A stretch of 64,000 bases of DNA, taken from contig CAINNF010000007.1 of the NCBI GenBank assembly GCA_903851045.1, positions 11,289-75,288 on the forward strand, written 5' to 3'. The DNA is from Candidatus Adlerbacteria bacterium. Lineage in GTDB: Bacteria > Patescibacteriota > Minisyncoccia > Phycocordibacterales > SBAW01. The notes beneath the pieces are model-generated. The model did no database searches. It saw only the letters and a list, made by a program, of their open reading frames with translations, and was not told the origin of the DNA. How positions within the stretch are numbered: position 1 is the first letter of the stretch; each line of letters opens with the position of its first letter. The translations under genes were made by a program, and so were the position numbers. Below, piece after piece: positions 8,033-17,520 of this stretch.

Positions 8033-11000
8033 ATGTACAAATCCCTACTACATTCGAAAATCCTCCAACAAGCGACAAAGGTCGCTATTGGTGTTGTGTT
8101 GGCTGCAACCTTCATATCACCACTCGGAGGATTGTTGCCGGTCGCTCACGCACAAAAACCCGCGCCACTTCCTGCAGGCACCGACACAGGCGACACCGGG
8201 GGAGCCGCGAAAGATGCTACAACCGGTGCTGGCGCCACTGATACGGGCGGCTGGTCGAATCCTAGCAGCGGATCTGATCCTAGCAGCGGATCGGCCCTTA
8301 GCGCCTTCGATTCATGTACTAACTCGAAAACACTGAGCATCTGTCTTTCGAACATCATATACGCCCTCTTCACGTTCCCCATGAGCATGTTCACCTACAT
8401 AACCAGCTTCGTCTTCGATATCGGCGTCCAGGTGACCCTGAATAGCGTCACCTACTCCCAAGACTTCATAACCGTCGGGTGGACCACTGTGCGCGACATC
8501 GCCAACATGGCGTTCATATTCATGCTGATATACCTGGCGATCATCATTGTCACCCGGGCCGACACAGCGAACACCATGAAGATGCTCGCGTCGATCATCA
8601 TCGTCGCACTACTCATCAATTTCAGCTTCTTTATCTCCCGACTGGCGATAGATGGGGGGAATCTCTTGGCGATACAGTTCTATAACGCCATCAATGTACA
8701 GCCGCTCGCGACGACCGCCTCACAAACCGACGCCTCTACCGCGACCAGTGTCGCGGGAGCAATCACGCCCGCGGGCCTCGCCAGCACAAAGGATCTTACC
8801 TATAACATCATGCAGCTTATCGGCGTACAGACGCTTCTCGGTTCAGGATCTTTTGCCTTGGCTTTCCAAAAACAAAACAATTTCGTCGTTAATCTTGCCA
8901 CCTTTTCGTTCATATACATCATCGTCGCTATCATATTGGCGATCTTGGCGTTCATGTTCCTTGCGACGGGGATCAAGTTCTTGCTGCGCTCCGTCATGCT
9001 GTGGCTACTTATCATGGCGTCGCCGCTCGCGTTCGTAGCGGCAGCACTCCCCGACAGCAAGGGCGGCAAGGACCTTTTCAAAAAATGGTACACCAACCTG
9101 TTCGAATACGCGTTCTTCCCGGCGGTCTTTCTGTTCTTATACCTGATCGTCAACATGTTCGCGGCGGGACTGGGCCAGACTAACAATAGCAAAGGTGGGC
9201 TGCTGAACTCAGCGTTTGGTAGTTTAACTCAAACCGCTAGTGGTGTGAGCGTGAGCCAAACAATGCTTGCATTAGGCGAAGTGATTGCCAGCATCTCTAT
9301 CCGCCTTGGACTCCTCGTACTCTTCCTCGGACTCGCCGTGAAGCTCGCGGACGATACCATGAAGGCGGGTGGGGGAACGTTCCAAAAGATAAACGGCTGG
9401 GCGGCGAACAAGGTGAGTAATACTGCTGGCATGTACGGCAGAAATACGTTTGGACGTGCGGGGTATCGGTTCGCCAACAGCAACATAGGCAAGCGTTGGG
9501 CGTCGCACGACATGGTAGGACGAACACTCTACCGGGGCGCAGATAAACTTGGGCGCTCGACCTATGACGTGCGGGGTGTGACCGCCTTTAGCAAAGCTGC
9601 GGACGCGGCCGGGGCTCGTGTTGGTGGACCAGATAAAAAGAACTTTGGTAGTGTTGTTAAGGAGAAAGTCGATCAAAAGGTGGCGTATGCTAACAGTCTG
9701 AAACCGAATGAGGCTCAGATGGAGCGTCTGTATACACAAGAATTGGAAAAAGCTGACAAAAAAGATGCCATAGCAGCCTACAAGAAGTGGCAAGAAGAGG
9801 AGGAGAAGTATAAGAATAAGCCAGGGAGCGATGATAAGGAAGTGAAGCGTGCGAAGAGCAAATATGATGCCGAGATCAAGAAATTGGAAAGTGGTGTGAA
9901 AAAAGAAGTGAAGGCGTCGGTCCAAGACAGACTCGACAGATATGCGGACACTATCGAGACGAGAAGGATCGGCAACATAGGAGGTATCTTAAGTTCGGGT
10001 CTCCCCGGCTTCATCGGAGCCGAAGATAGGGTTGCTGCAGCAAAGATTCGGGGTCGTAGCACAGATGCTAAATCACGCTTAGAAGATGCGGTGGAGACGG
10101 CTGCAAAAGATGCTACGGTTACTGGTAGCACATCCACTGGCGAAGGAACTGGTGGGACAACACCCCCCGCGACCCCACCAACTACCGCAAGACCGCCTAC
10201 TTCACCAGGAGGACAGCCACCGGCGTTCGTCCCACCGAACTACCCACCTGCGTTTATACCACCAGGTGTTCGATCACCGAAAGCAGCACCTGTGCCCATT
10301 AAACCGCTACCTCAACCACCAGCACCCAAAAACCCTGGAGGCTCAAGCGGGGGAGGGGGCGGAACACCGACAGGGGGAGGGGGCGGTCAACAACAAGAGG
10401 CGGCCGCGCAATCCGGCGGAGCGACATCCACCAATAGACGGTCGATCCCTCTTGCCGCGAACAACAACACCTCTCCTGCAGCAGCACCTGCTGTGACTAA
10501 TCAATCGATAGGGAACCCTGCCTCGTGGACGCATGATGCCGGATCCACAACGCCAGTGACGAGTGCTGCGAATCCTTCGATTGTGATGACGACGACAAGC
10601 CCAACGGTCATCACACAGTCCACCAACCCTGCTGCCCAAACACACCTCAATGAGCTGCACAATGATCTCGTCACACATCCAAACACCGCCGGAGCTCACG
10701 TCGGGATCTCCGCCGATAGTTCGGTCCAGATCAAAAAAGTAAACGACGAGATACTAAGAGACCATGTTACCGGAGTAGAGCAACGTGTGTTAGAAAATGA
10801 CGTGGAAGCTGCGAAGACGAACAAGGAGGTGTTGGAGCGACAGGTCGAGGAGATAAAGAATGTTGGTCAAGCGGTCGAACGAGTCAACGAGACGACCCAG
10901 GGACTCACCACCGCACAACGTGCGGGTACTAAAGAGATTAAAAGCTCTTTGGGCGATATACATCAAGCGCTTCGATCGGGGGGACGAATATCGGATGTCA

Positions 11001-11263
11001 CTGCAGCTGTCGAGAGTTCACGTCTGAATTTTGTGAACGGCGGGGCTGGGGCAGCACAATCATCGGCAAAGGGTGCCAATACATACTATAAACCAGGAGC
11101 TTCGAATCAAAACAATGCGGCAACCGCTCCACGTCCGGCTGCCGCACAACAAAATCCTGTGCCTGCTCAAGTGAAAAAAGTCGTACCATTCCCCACACCC
11201 CAAACAAAAAACAGTGAGGTGCCAGCCAACGATAATCAAACTGGCCTACAAAAAACGGGATAA
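8033..11263 (+). CDS. Polytopic membrane protein, VirB6/TrbL-like (signal peptide plus about 6 TM helices) with about 800-aa C-terminal extension (charged coiled-coil, P-rich and G-rich linkers)
   Basis: Start at MYKSLLHSKILQQATKVAIGVVLAATFISPLGGLLPVAHAQ (RBS gaggaa upstream). Hydrophobic helices MAFIFMLIYLAIIIV, LASIIIVALLINFSFFI, FSFIYIIVAIILAILAFMFLATGIKFLL, LWLLIMASPLAFVAAAL, FFPAVFLFLYLIVNMFAAGL, LGEVIASISIRLGLLVLFLGLAV. Topology and position two genes upstream of VirB3/VirB4 fit a VirB6 family member; no sequence-level proof. Confidence 0.45.
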   Translation: MYKSLLHSKILQQATKVAIGVVLAATFISPLGGLLPVAHAQKPAPLPAGTDTGDTGGAAKDATTGAGATDTGGWSNPSSGSDPSSGSALSAFDSCTNSKTLSICLSNIIYALFTFPMSMFTYITSFVFDIGVQVTLNSVTYSQDFITVGWTTVRDIANMAFIFMLIYLAIIIVTRADTANTMKMLASIIIVALLINFSFFISRLAIDGGNLLAIQFYNAINVQPLATTASQTDASTATSVAGAITPAGLASTKDLTYNIMQLIGVQTLLGSGSFALAFQKQNNFVVNLATFSFIYIIVAIILAILAFMFLATGIKFLLRSVMLWLLIMASPLAFVAAALPDSKGGKDLFKKWYTNLFEYAFFPAVFLFLYLIVNMFAAGLGQTNNSKGGLLNSAFGSLTQTASGVSVSQTMLALGEVIASISIRLGLLVLFLGLAVKLADDTMKAGGGTFQKINGWAANKVSNTAGMYGRNTFGRAGYRFANSNIGKRWASHDMVGRTLYRGADKLGRSTYDVRGVTAFSKAADAAGARVGGPDKKNFGSVVKEKVDQKVAYANSLKPNEAQMERLYTQELEKADKKDAIAAYKKWQEEEEKYKNKPGSDDKEVKRAKSKYDAEIKKLESGVKKEVKASVQDRLDRYADTIETRRIGNIGGILSSGLPGFIGAEDRVAAAKIRGRSTDAKSRLEDAVETAAKDATVTGSTSTGEGTGGTTPPATPPTTARPPTSPGGQPPAFVPPNYPPAFIPPGVRSPKAAPVPIKPLPQPPAPKNPGGSSGGGGGTPTGGGGGQQQEAAAQSGGATSTNRRSIPLAANNNTSPAAAPAVTNQSIGNPASWTHDAGSTTPVTSAANPSIVMTTTSPTVITQSTNPAAQTHLNELHNDLVTHPNTAGAHVGISADSSVQIKKVNDEILRDHVTGVEQRVLENDVEAAKTNKEVLERQVEEIKNVGQAVERVNETTQGLTTAQRAGTKEIKSSLGDIHQALRSGGRISDVTAAVESSRLNFVNGGAGAAQSSAKGANTYYKPGASNQNNAATAPRPAAAQQNPVPAQVKKVVPFPTPQTKNSEVPANDNQTGLQKTG

Positions 11264-11287
11264 CCATTAGCAACTAATAACAAGAAT

Positions 11288-11983
11288 ATGGACGACGATC
11301 TGACAAAACAAATACAGGAACGTATGGCAGAGTTGCCGCCTGATGTTCGTAATGCAATCACTTCTGCCGACTTTGGCAAGAAGGTGCAGGCGATTGGTGC
11401 CCGACATCAGCTGCATATCGACCAAATTGGACGGCTGCAGGACGAGGTGTTGTTGGTCATGCTCGCGTTCAGCGCCCCAGGCGACTTCGTACCGAATATC
11501 GTCGAACAACTGCACATACAGGAGGATATGGCGAACATCATAGCCGACGAGGTGTCGAACGACATCTTGGGGCCCATTCGAGAATCCATACGAACATTCA
11601 TGGAAGAACGAGCGGCACAGCAGATTCGCACCTCGCTCGAGCACGAGATAGTGAACAGCCAACCAATGACGGACCAACCTCAACCGGTCGTGGATACTCC
11701 TGCGAACCCTCGTCCCGAACCGGCTTTGGCACCGATACCAATCCTGCCGATACAAACCCCAGTCGCGTCGACTCCTCCGCCGCCAGTACTGACACCAAAA
11801 CCGGAATTGCGCATCGCGGACACCGTGCTGACTCAGACCACCACGACGCCACCCGTTCCACCACAAACCTCGACGACCAGTACGCCACCTCCCCCGACAC
11901 CCATGACACCGCCATCAGCAGCAGCGACATCCTCCTCTCCACGCGACTATACGACAGACCCGTACCACGAACCGATCGATTAA
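11288..11983 (+). CDS. Hypothetical protein with proline/threonine-rich C-terminal tail
   Basis: 231-aa ORF in cluster orientation; C-terminal PPVLTPKPELR...TTTPPVPPQTSTTSTPPPPTPMTPP low-complexity region. Confidence 0.45.
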   Translation: MDDDLTKQIQERMAELPPDVRNAITSADFGKKVQAIGARHQLHIDQIGRLQDEVLLVMLAFSAPGDFVPNIVEQLHIQEDMANIIADEVSNDILGPIRESIRTFMEERAAQQIRTSLEHEIVNSQPMTDQPQPVVDTPANPRPEPALAPIPILPIQTPVASTPPPPVLTPKPELRIADTVLTQTTTTPPVPPQTSTTSTPPPPTPMTPPSAAATSSSPRDYTTDPYHEPID

Positions 11984-12015
11984 TGTTGGCACAATGTGCG
12001 ATATACTAAAGGGCA

Positions 12016-12462
12016 ATGCACTATCAAGTTCCTCAATTCATCGAGATAGAAGATAAGATATTCGGGCCGCTGACGCTCAAGCAGTTCATATATCTCGCAG
12101 GTGGGGGCGGCATATGTCTCCTCTTCTATACGCTCATGCCGTTCTTGCTCATGGTCGTGTGCGCGGCACCGTTCGTTGCATTGTCGCTCGCGCTTGCGTT
12201 CTATAAAGTGAACGACCGACCGTTCATCGTGACCATCGAACATGCGTTCAAGTACTTCGTCAGCAGTAAGCTCTACCTATGGAAACAGATCCAGTCCCAA
12301 CAGCCCACGCTCGACGAGCCGGTAACCCATCTGCAGGAGGCCTCGATTATGGTACCGACCTTGTCGGAAAGCAAGCTTAAGGACCTCTCCTGGTCGCTCA
12401 ATATCAAGAACCGATCGAACATGGGCGTCATCGACCCGGAAAAGCCGCAACACGGAATATAA
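12016..12462 (+). CDS. PrgI-family / VirB3-like small membrane protein
   Basis: MHYQVPQFIEIEDKIFGPLTLKQFIYLAGGGGICLLFYTLMPFLLMVVCAAPFVALSLALAFY: conserved N-terminal pattern plus two TM helices, immediately upstream of VirB4 (the canonical virB3-virB4 order). Confidence 0.55.
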   Translation: MHYQVPQFIEIEDKIFGPLTLKQFIYLAGGGGICLLFYTLMPFLLMVVCAAPFVALSLALAFYKVNDRPFIVTIEHAFKYFVSSKLYLWKQIQSQQPTLDEPVTHLQEASIMVPTLSESKLKDLSWSLNIKNRSNMGVIDPEKPQHGI

Positions 12463-12465
12463 CGT

Positions 12466-13137
12466 ATGCCAGCAACCGCAGTAAAAGCAGAGGCCACACA
12501 ACAGTTCGTACCCATCAAAGAGGTGCGTGACGGCATCGTCATACTTAAGGACGGTTCGTTGCGTGCGATGGTCATGGCGTCGTCGATCAACCTGGCACTG
12601 AAGTCGCAAGACGAGCAGGAGGCTATCATCGGGCAGTTCCAAAATTTTCTCAACTCATTGGAGTTTACGGTGCAATTCTTCGTCGAATCGCGCGATCTCG
12701 ACATACGACCCTATATCGCGCTGCTGGAAGATCGGTATGCGGCGACCCTCGACGACCTAATGAAGATACAGATACGCGAGTACATCTCGTTCATCAAAGA
12801 CTTCACAGAGCGGGCGAACATCATGACCAAGAACTTCTTTATCGTCGTGCCATACGATCCGGCAATCCTGTCTCGTGGTGGCGGTATCACCAGCACCCTG
12901 TCCAACCTCATCCCGACCAAAGGTGGAGCGAGTTCCGGTGTGATCACCGATGAGACCTTCGAGCAGTATCGTATGCAACTCGAGCAACGCATGTCGGTCA
13001 TCGAACAGGGGCTGGTACGCACTGGTGTACGCGTCGTCTCGCTTGGCACCGAAGAAGTGATCGAGCTCTTCTATAAACTCTTCAACCCTGGCGAACTGGA
13101 GAAGCCCTTACAAGTAACCCAGGCGGGTCAAAAATAG
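12466..13137 (+). CDS. VirB4/TraE/PrgJ-family ATPase, N-terminal domain fragment (first half of a split VirB4)
   Basis: VPIKEVRDGIVILKDGSLRAMVMASSINLALKSQDEQEAIIGQFQNFLNSLEFTVQFFVESRDLDI...EEVIELFYKLFNP matches the N-terminal region normally fused to the VirB4 ATPase. Ends with TAG at 13135-13137, one base before the next ATG. Confidence 0.7.
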   Translation: MPATAVKAEATQQFVPIKEVRDGIVILKDGSLRAMVMASSINLALKSQDEQEAIIGQFQNFLNSLEFTVQFFVESRDLDIRPYIALLEDRYAATLDDLMKIQIREYISFIKDFTERANIMTKNFFIVVPYDPAILSRGGGITSTLSNLIPTKGGASSGVITDETFEQYRMQLEQRMSVIEQGLVRTGVRVVSLGTEEVIELFYKLFNPGELEKPLQVTQAGQK

Positions 13138-13138
13138 T

Positions 13139-14953
13139 ATGGCATTCCTTGATTTTTTAAAGCCGAAGGGTGACCCGAACAAGAATGCGGTCGTCTCCAT
13201 CATGCCCGAGCAGATATATCGCCAAGGCGTACTCGAGCTCCAAGACGTCATCGCCCCGTCGGCGCTCAAGATCACTCCACGCGAACTGAACCTGGGGGAC
13301 AAGATTGCGCGAACCTTCTTCGTGATGTCGTACCCGCGCACGCTCACCGACTCATGGTTCTCGCCAATCATCAATCTTGACCGCGTACTCGATATCTCCA
13401 TCTTCATACATCCAATCGAATCCGCGGAGATCCTGCGCAAGTTCCAAAAAAAGGTCGCCGAGGTGCAGTCACAGATCATGACCCGAGAGGAGAAGGGGCT
13501 CGTGCGCGACCCGGTGCTCGATACCGCATACCAAGACCTCGAAACGCTGCGCGACGAGTTGCAGCAAGCGCAAGAAAAGATTTTTGACGTTGGCGTGTAT
13601 ATCACGGTGTACGGTTCGACCACCGAGGAGCTCGACAAGATCGAATCGGACATCAAGTCGATGCTTGAGTCACGTCTCATCTACCTGAAGCCTGCGCTCT
13701 TTCAACAAGAACAGGGGTTTCGCAGCACCTTACCCCTGGGTACCGACGAACTTGGGGTGAACTCAAAGTTGAACTCGTCGCCGCTTTCCTCTATCTTTCC
13801 GTTCGTTTCCTTCGACCTCACCTCCGACAAGGGAATCCTTTATGGGGTGAACCGACACAACGCATCGCTCATTCTGTTCGACCGTTTTTCGCTCGAGAAC
13901 TACAACTCGGTCATCTTCGCGAAATCAGGCTCCGGTAAGTCCTACACCACGAAGCTCGAGATCCTACGAACACTCATGTTCGATGCGGACGTGCTCGTGA
14001 TCGACCCAGAGCGTGAGTACGAGTTCCTCTCCCAGACCGTGGGCGGGCGATACTTTAACATCAGTCTCAACTCCGAACACCACATCAACCCGTTCGACCT
14101 CCCTGTGCCGCGTGAGGACGAGAGTCCGGCCGACGTGCTCCGGTCGAACATTGTGGCACTCGTGGGACTCTTTCGCATCATGCTCAGCGGACTCTCGCCG
14201 GAAGAGGACGCTATCATCGACAAGGCGATCACCGAGACCTACGCACTTAAGGACATATCGCCGGACAGCAACTTCGCCGAGCTGGAACCGCCGCTCCTTT
14301 CGGACTTCGAACTCGTCCTCTCAGGCATGGAGGGAAGCGAGAGTTTGGTACAGCGACTGTCAAAATACACCAAGGGGACATGGTCCGGCTTCATCAACCA
14401 ACCGACGAACGTCGACCTTAACAAGAAGTTCGTGGTCTTCTCCGTTCGTGACATGGAGGACGACCTTAAATCCGTCGCCATGTACATCATCACCCACTTC
14501 ATCTGGAACGCAGTGCGAAAGAACCTCAAGAAGCGCCTCCTGGTCATCGACGAGGCGTGGTGGATGATGAAATCGGACGATACCGCCTCCTTCCTCTATG
14601 GTATGGCAAAGCGTGGACGTAAATACTACTTGGGGCTGGCGACCATCACCCAAGACGTCGATGACTTCTTGAAGTCTCCGTACGGCCTCCCGATGATCAC
14701 CAACTCATCGATTCAGATACTACTCAAACAATCGCCGACCACGATCGACAAACTACAAAAGACCTTCAACTTGTCCGACGAGGAGAAATACCTCCTGCTC
14801 GAAAGCGACGTAGGGGAGGGGATCTTCTTCGCAGGACTCAAACATGTCGCTATCAAGATCATTGCTTCGTACACCGAAGACCAGATAATCACTTCTGACC
14901 CGTCCCAAGTCCTTGCCTTACGTCGCCAACGAGCTGAGAATGGTACTGTATGA
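13139..14953 (+). CDS. VirB4/TrbE/CagE-family type IV secretion ATPase, C-terminal ATPase portion
   Basis: Walker A FAKSGSGKSYTTK; Walker B LLVIDEAWWMM; IARTFFVMSYPRTLTDSWFSPIINLDRVLDISIFIHP central motif; 604 aa. Confidence 0.85.
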   Translation: MAFLDFLKPKGDPNKNAVVSIMPEQIYRQGVLELQDVIAPSALKITPRELNLGDKIARTFFVMSYPRTLTDSWFSPIINLDRVLDISIFIHPIESAEILRKFQKKVAEVQSQIMTREEKGLVRDPVLDTAYQDLETLRDELQQAQEKIFDVGVYITVYGSTTEELDKIESDIKSMLESRLIYLKPALFQQEQGFRSTLPLGTDELGVNSKLNSSPLSSIFPFVSFDLTSDKGILYGVNRHNASLILFDRFSLENYNSVIFAKSGSGKSYTTKLEILRTLMFDADVLVIDPEREYEFLSQTVGGRYFNISLNSEHHINPFDLPVPREDESPADVLRSNIVALVGLFRIMLSGLSPEEDAIIDKAITETYALKDISPDSNFAELEPPLLSDFELVLSGMEGSESLVQRLSKYTKGTWSGFINQPTNVDLNKKFVVFSVRDMEDDLKSVAMYIITHFIWNAVRKNLKKRLLVIDEAWWMMKSDDTASFLYGMAKRGRKYYLGLATITQDVDDFLKSPYGLPMITNSSIQILLKQSPTTIDKLQKTFNLSDEEKYLLLESDVGEGIFFAGLKHVAIKIIASYTEDQIITSDPSQVLALRRQRAENGTV

Positions 14954-15684
14954 TGAAATATCTCCCGTTTATTTTCGCCGCGATTTGCATCGATGCTATG
15001 CAAATGGCACTACAGTGGGCCTTTCTTGCCTTTGGCACCGTCCTCACGTCCATCACACCGATCGGAGGCGCACTCACTGGCGCGGCCGTCGGTGCCCTTT
15101 CGTGTTGGAACTCTTCAGGGGGTGTCATTTCGGGTATTATTGATGCTGTTAAGTGTGGGGCTGCGGGGGGTACGATGGGCGCAACGCTCAGTGCTGTTGG
15201 TATACCACTCGGAGCCGGAATGGGAATGGCCGCAGACTTCTGTATCAGCGTCACCTTCGGCACAATGTTGGTGCTTGCCCTGTGGAACTTCGGTATGTTC
15301 TATCCAAAATATATCTTGAGTGGTGGATTGTTCGAAATGGTGCCGGGGTTTGACGCCCTCCCCGGCTGGACCGCGATGACCATCGCTTGCGTGTTGCGCA
15401 AAATAGCAGATGAGCGCAAGCTCGCGAGCAAAGCATCTACCGCGTTCGCCACGATCGTCGCTCCTAACACCACTGTCGGCACCGCATACCGAGGAATAAA
15501 GACCCTGCAGCGCAAGAACATCGCGACCATGCGTGATGCGGGCTTGGTAAGCGACGAGCGGATCAAAGCAGACCGTGTCCAGACCCGACAGAGACTCACA
15601 CAAGACCTCAAAGATATCGATGGGGTAAACCTCCGACCGAACACGGCGACTGGTGTCCGTGCGCGAACAACGTATGCGGTATAA
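14950..15684 (+). CDS. Glycine-rich polytopic membrane protein (cluster component, unknown function)
   Basis: ATGA overlap with the VirB4 stop; multiple hydrophobic Gly-rich helices (ITPIGGALTGAAVGALSCW, GAAGGTMGATLSAVGIPLGAGMGMAADFCISVTFGTMLVLALWNFGMF). Confidence 0.5.
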   Translation: MMKYLPFIFAAICIDAMQMALQWAFLAFGTVLTSITPIGGALTGAAVGALSCWNSSGGVISGIIDAVKCGAAGGTMGATLSAVGIPLGAGMGMAADFCISVTFGTMLVLALWNFGMFYPKYILSGGLFEMVPGFDALPGWTAMTIACVLRKIADERKLASKASTAFATIVAPNTTVGTAYRGIKTLQRKNIATMRDAGLVSDERIKADRVQTRQRLTQDLKDIDGVNLRPNTATGVRARTTYAV

Positions 15685-16705
15685 AACTTTTTTCACCATT
15701 GGTCTCGCGGCTCTCCTGTGGACGGGCGTCGCCCATGCGCAAACATTCACCAGCGGCCCGGACCCGGTGCAGTATACGGTCGTGCCCACAACGCCGGGAC
15801 CGAACGAGCACGTCGACCTCTCCCTCCAAGGTATCGGTTCGTTCCTCGGAGACGCAACAATCACATGGAAAGAGAACGGCAAGGTGGTGAACTCCGGTGT
15901 CGGACTCACGAACCACTCGTTCACGACCGGGGGAGTGGGAACGATCACCCGGGTCAACGTCACGATCGTATCTGCCACGAACGGTACACTCTCTCACGAC
16001 TTCACCTTCACCCCGTCCGTGGTCTATCTCACGTGGGAGGCCGACACCTCTGTGCCGAACTTTTACAAAGGTAAGTCCTTATATACCTCCGGTTCACAGA
16101 TAAAAGTGGTTGCGGTGCCGTTCGTCGTGTCGGGCCATGGACTCGTTCCGGCAAGTCAATTGTCCTTTCAGTGGAGACGGAACGACGACCTGGTACCCGA
16201 GCAGTCGGGCATGGGAAAGAACGTCTTCGTATTCAACGGCAACCAATTACTCGGTGCCGAACAGGTGGCCGTCAACGTGTTCTTAGGGACCACCGAGGTC
16301 AACCACACAGAGATCTCGATACCCGCTAGCAACCCCATGGTGCTCCTGTATGACCGCGATCCGCTTCGAGGCGAACTGTTGGAGAGAGCTCTTCCATCCA
16401 GTGCAAGCTTTGGTGCGAACGAGATAACTCTTCAGGCGGAACCATACTACTTCGCACATTCGTCCGTCGTAGCTGGCGCACTCCAATATACGTGGACACT
16501 CAACGGACAAGAGACGACCGGTCCTGACAGTGCGAAGGGGGTCCTTACCCTTCGCCAAACAGGGCAGGGGACCGGCTCGGCAACGGTCGGTATCAACGTA
16601 CAGAACACGAACGACATGGACTTCTTCCAGACTGCGGACGAGTCGATCCAGATGACCTTTGGACAAACCACGAGAAACATTATTTCAACATTCCTTGGTA
16701 TATGA
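15674..16705 (+). CDS. Secreted protein with signal peptide and internal repeated beta-rich modules
   Basis: MRYKTFFTIGLAALLWTGVAHAQ signal peptide; repeated modules (…VVYLTWEADTSVPNFYKGKSLYTSG… / …PMVLLYDRDPLRGEL…EITLQAEPYYFAHSS…). An alternative start at 15653 exists. Confidence 0.5.
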   Translation: MRYKTFFTIGLAALLWTGVAHAQTFTSGPDPVQYTVVPTTPGPNEHVDLSLQGIGSFLGDATITWKENGKVVNSGVGLTNHSFTTGGVGTITRVNVTIVSATNGTLSHDFTFTPSVVYLTWEADTSVPNFYKGKSLYTSGSQIKVVAVPFVVSGHGLVPASQLSFQWRRNDDLVPEQSGMGKNVFVFNGNQLLGAEQVAVNVFLGTTEVNHTEISIPASNPMVLLYDRDPLRGELLERALPSSASFGANEITLQAEPYYFAHSSVVAGALQYTWTLNGQETTGPDSAKGVLTLRQTGQGTGSATVGINVQNTNDMDFFQTADESIQMTFGQTTRNIISTFLGI

Positions 16706-17481
16706 AAAAAACAGTACACCGTAGTGTAATTCCGTTGCTTCTTGGGTCTATACTCATCTTTTGTGGTGTACAGGTACCGCCCGTTCAGGCTGACGGCTGT
16801 TCGAGTCTCGGTTCTTTCTACACACAAAGCCCGTCGAGCGTTGCTGGTATGGTCACCTGCACTGGACCAAACGGTTCCACTGTTTTACAGCCTGCCACTG
16901 TTGCTGCGCCTCCAACGATAGATACTTCACCGGCAAACTCAACGATCGTCCCTTCCAGTGTTCCCGCTGCGGCAACGGTACCCGGATCTGGCGCAGCAGG
17001 AAGTAGCGGCGGATCAGGGGGGAGTGGCACACAATCCAGCGCATACGATGGACAAGGAAACATCACCAATTACGTTCCGCTTGAGCCTTTGCCAGGACTG
17101 GCACAATTTGAAACAGGAAATTCATCTTTTGGACAACTGTTGACCGGTCTCTTTAAGATACTCATCACTATCGGCGCGCTCATTACGGTGGGGACGTTCG
17201 TGTATGCGGGCGTCGTGTATATGACATCCGAAGTGGTCGGCAACAAGAAGAATGCTTTGAGTCGCATCCAGGCGTCGCTTCTTGGGCTCTTCGTCCTGAT
17301 AGCATCATGGTTGATACTCTCCACCATCAATACACAGCTCGTGACCTTTGGTTCTGGTTCGCTCAATCTCAACCCGGCACAGAACCTGAGTCCAGTGGTG
17401 GCACCAGTGACGACGCCGCCAGCCGCTACACCACTAGGACCCGTCCCGGAAGATTTTTATTCAATACCACCGCTGTTGTAG
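16702..17481 (+). CDS. Secreted low-complexity protein with C-terminal double hydrophobic helix (possibly pilin/VirB2-like, speculative)
   Basis: Signal peptide MKKTVHRSVIPLLLGSILIFCGVQVPPVQA, then an S/G/A/P-rich region and a C-terminal LLTGLFKILITIGALITVGTFVYAGVVYM ... LLGLFVLIASWLILSTI segment. Confidence 0.45.
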   Translation: MKKTVHRSVIPLLLGSILIFCGVQVPPVQADGCSSLGSFYTQSPSSVAGMVTCTGPNGSTVLQPATVAAPPTIDTSPANSTIVPSSVPAAATVPGSGAAGSSGGSGGSGTQSSAYDGQGNITNYVPLEPLPGLAQFETGNSSFGQLLTGLFKILITIGALITVGTFVYAGVVYMTSEVVGNKKNALSRIQASLLGLFVLIASWLILSTINTQLVTFGSGSLNLNPAQNLSPVVAPVTTPPAATPLGPVPEDFYSIPPLL

Positions 17482-17520
17482 CAGCTTATACTCAACCCAG
17501 AGGATACGCGCATAGATATT

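Noticed and set aside
9272-9925. 217-aa minus-strand ORF inside the VirB6-like gene
   Set aside because: Antisense to the hydrophobic region of the plus-strand gene. Apparent TM-like sequence is the mirror of real TM codons.
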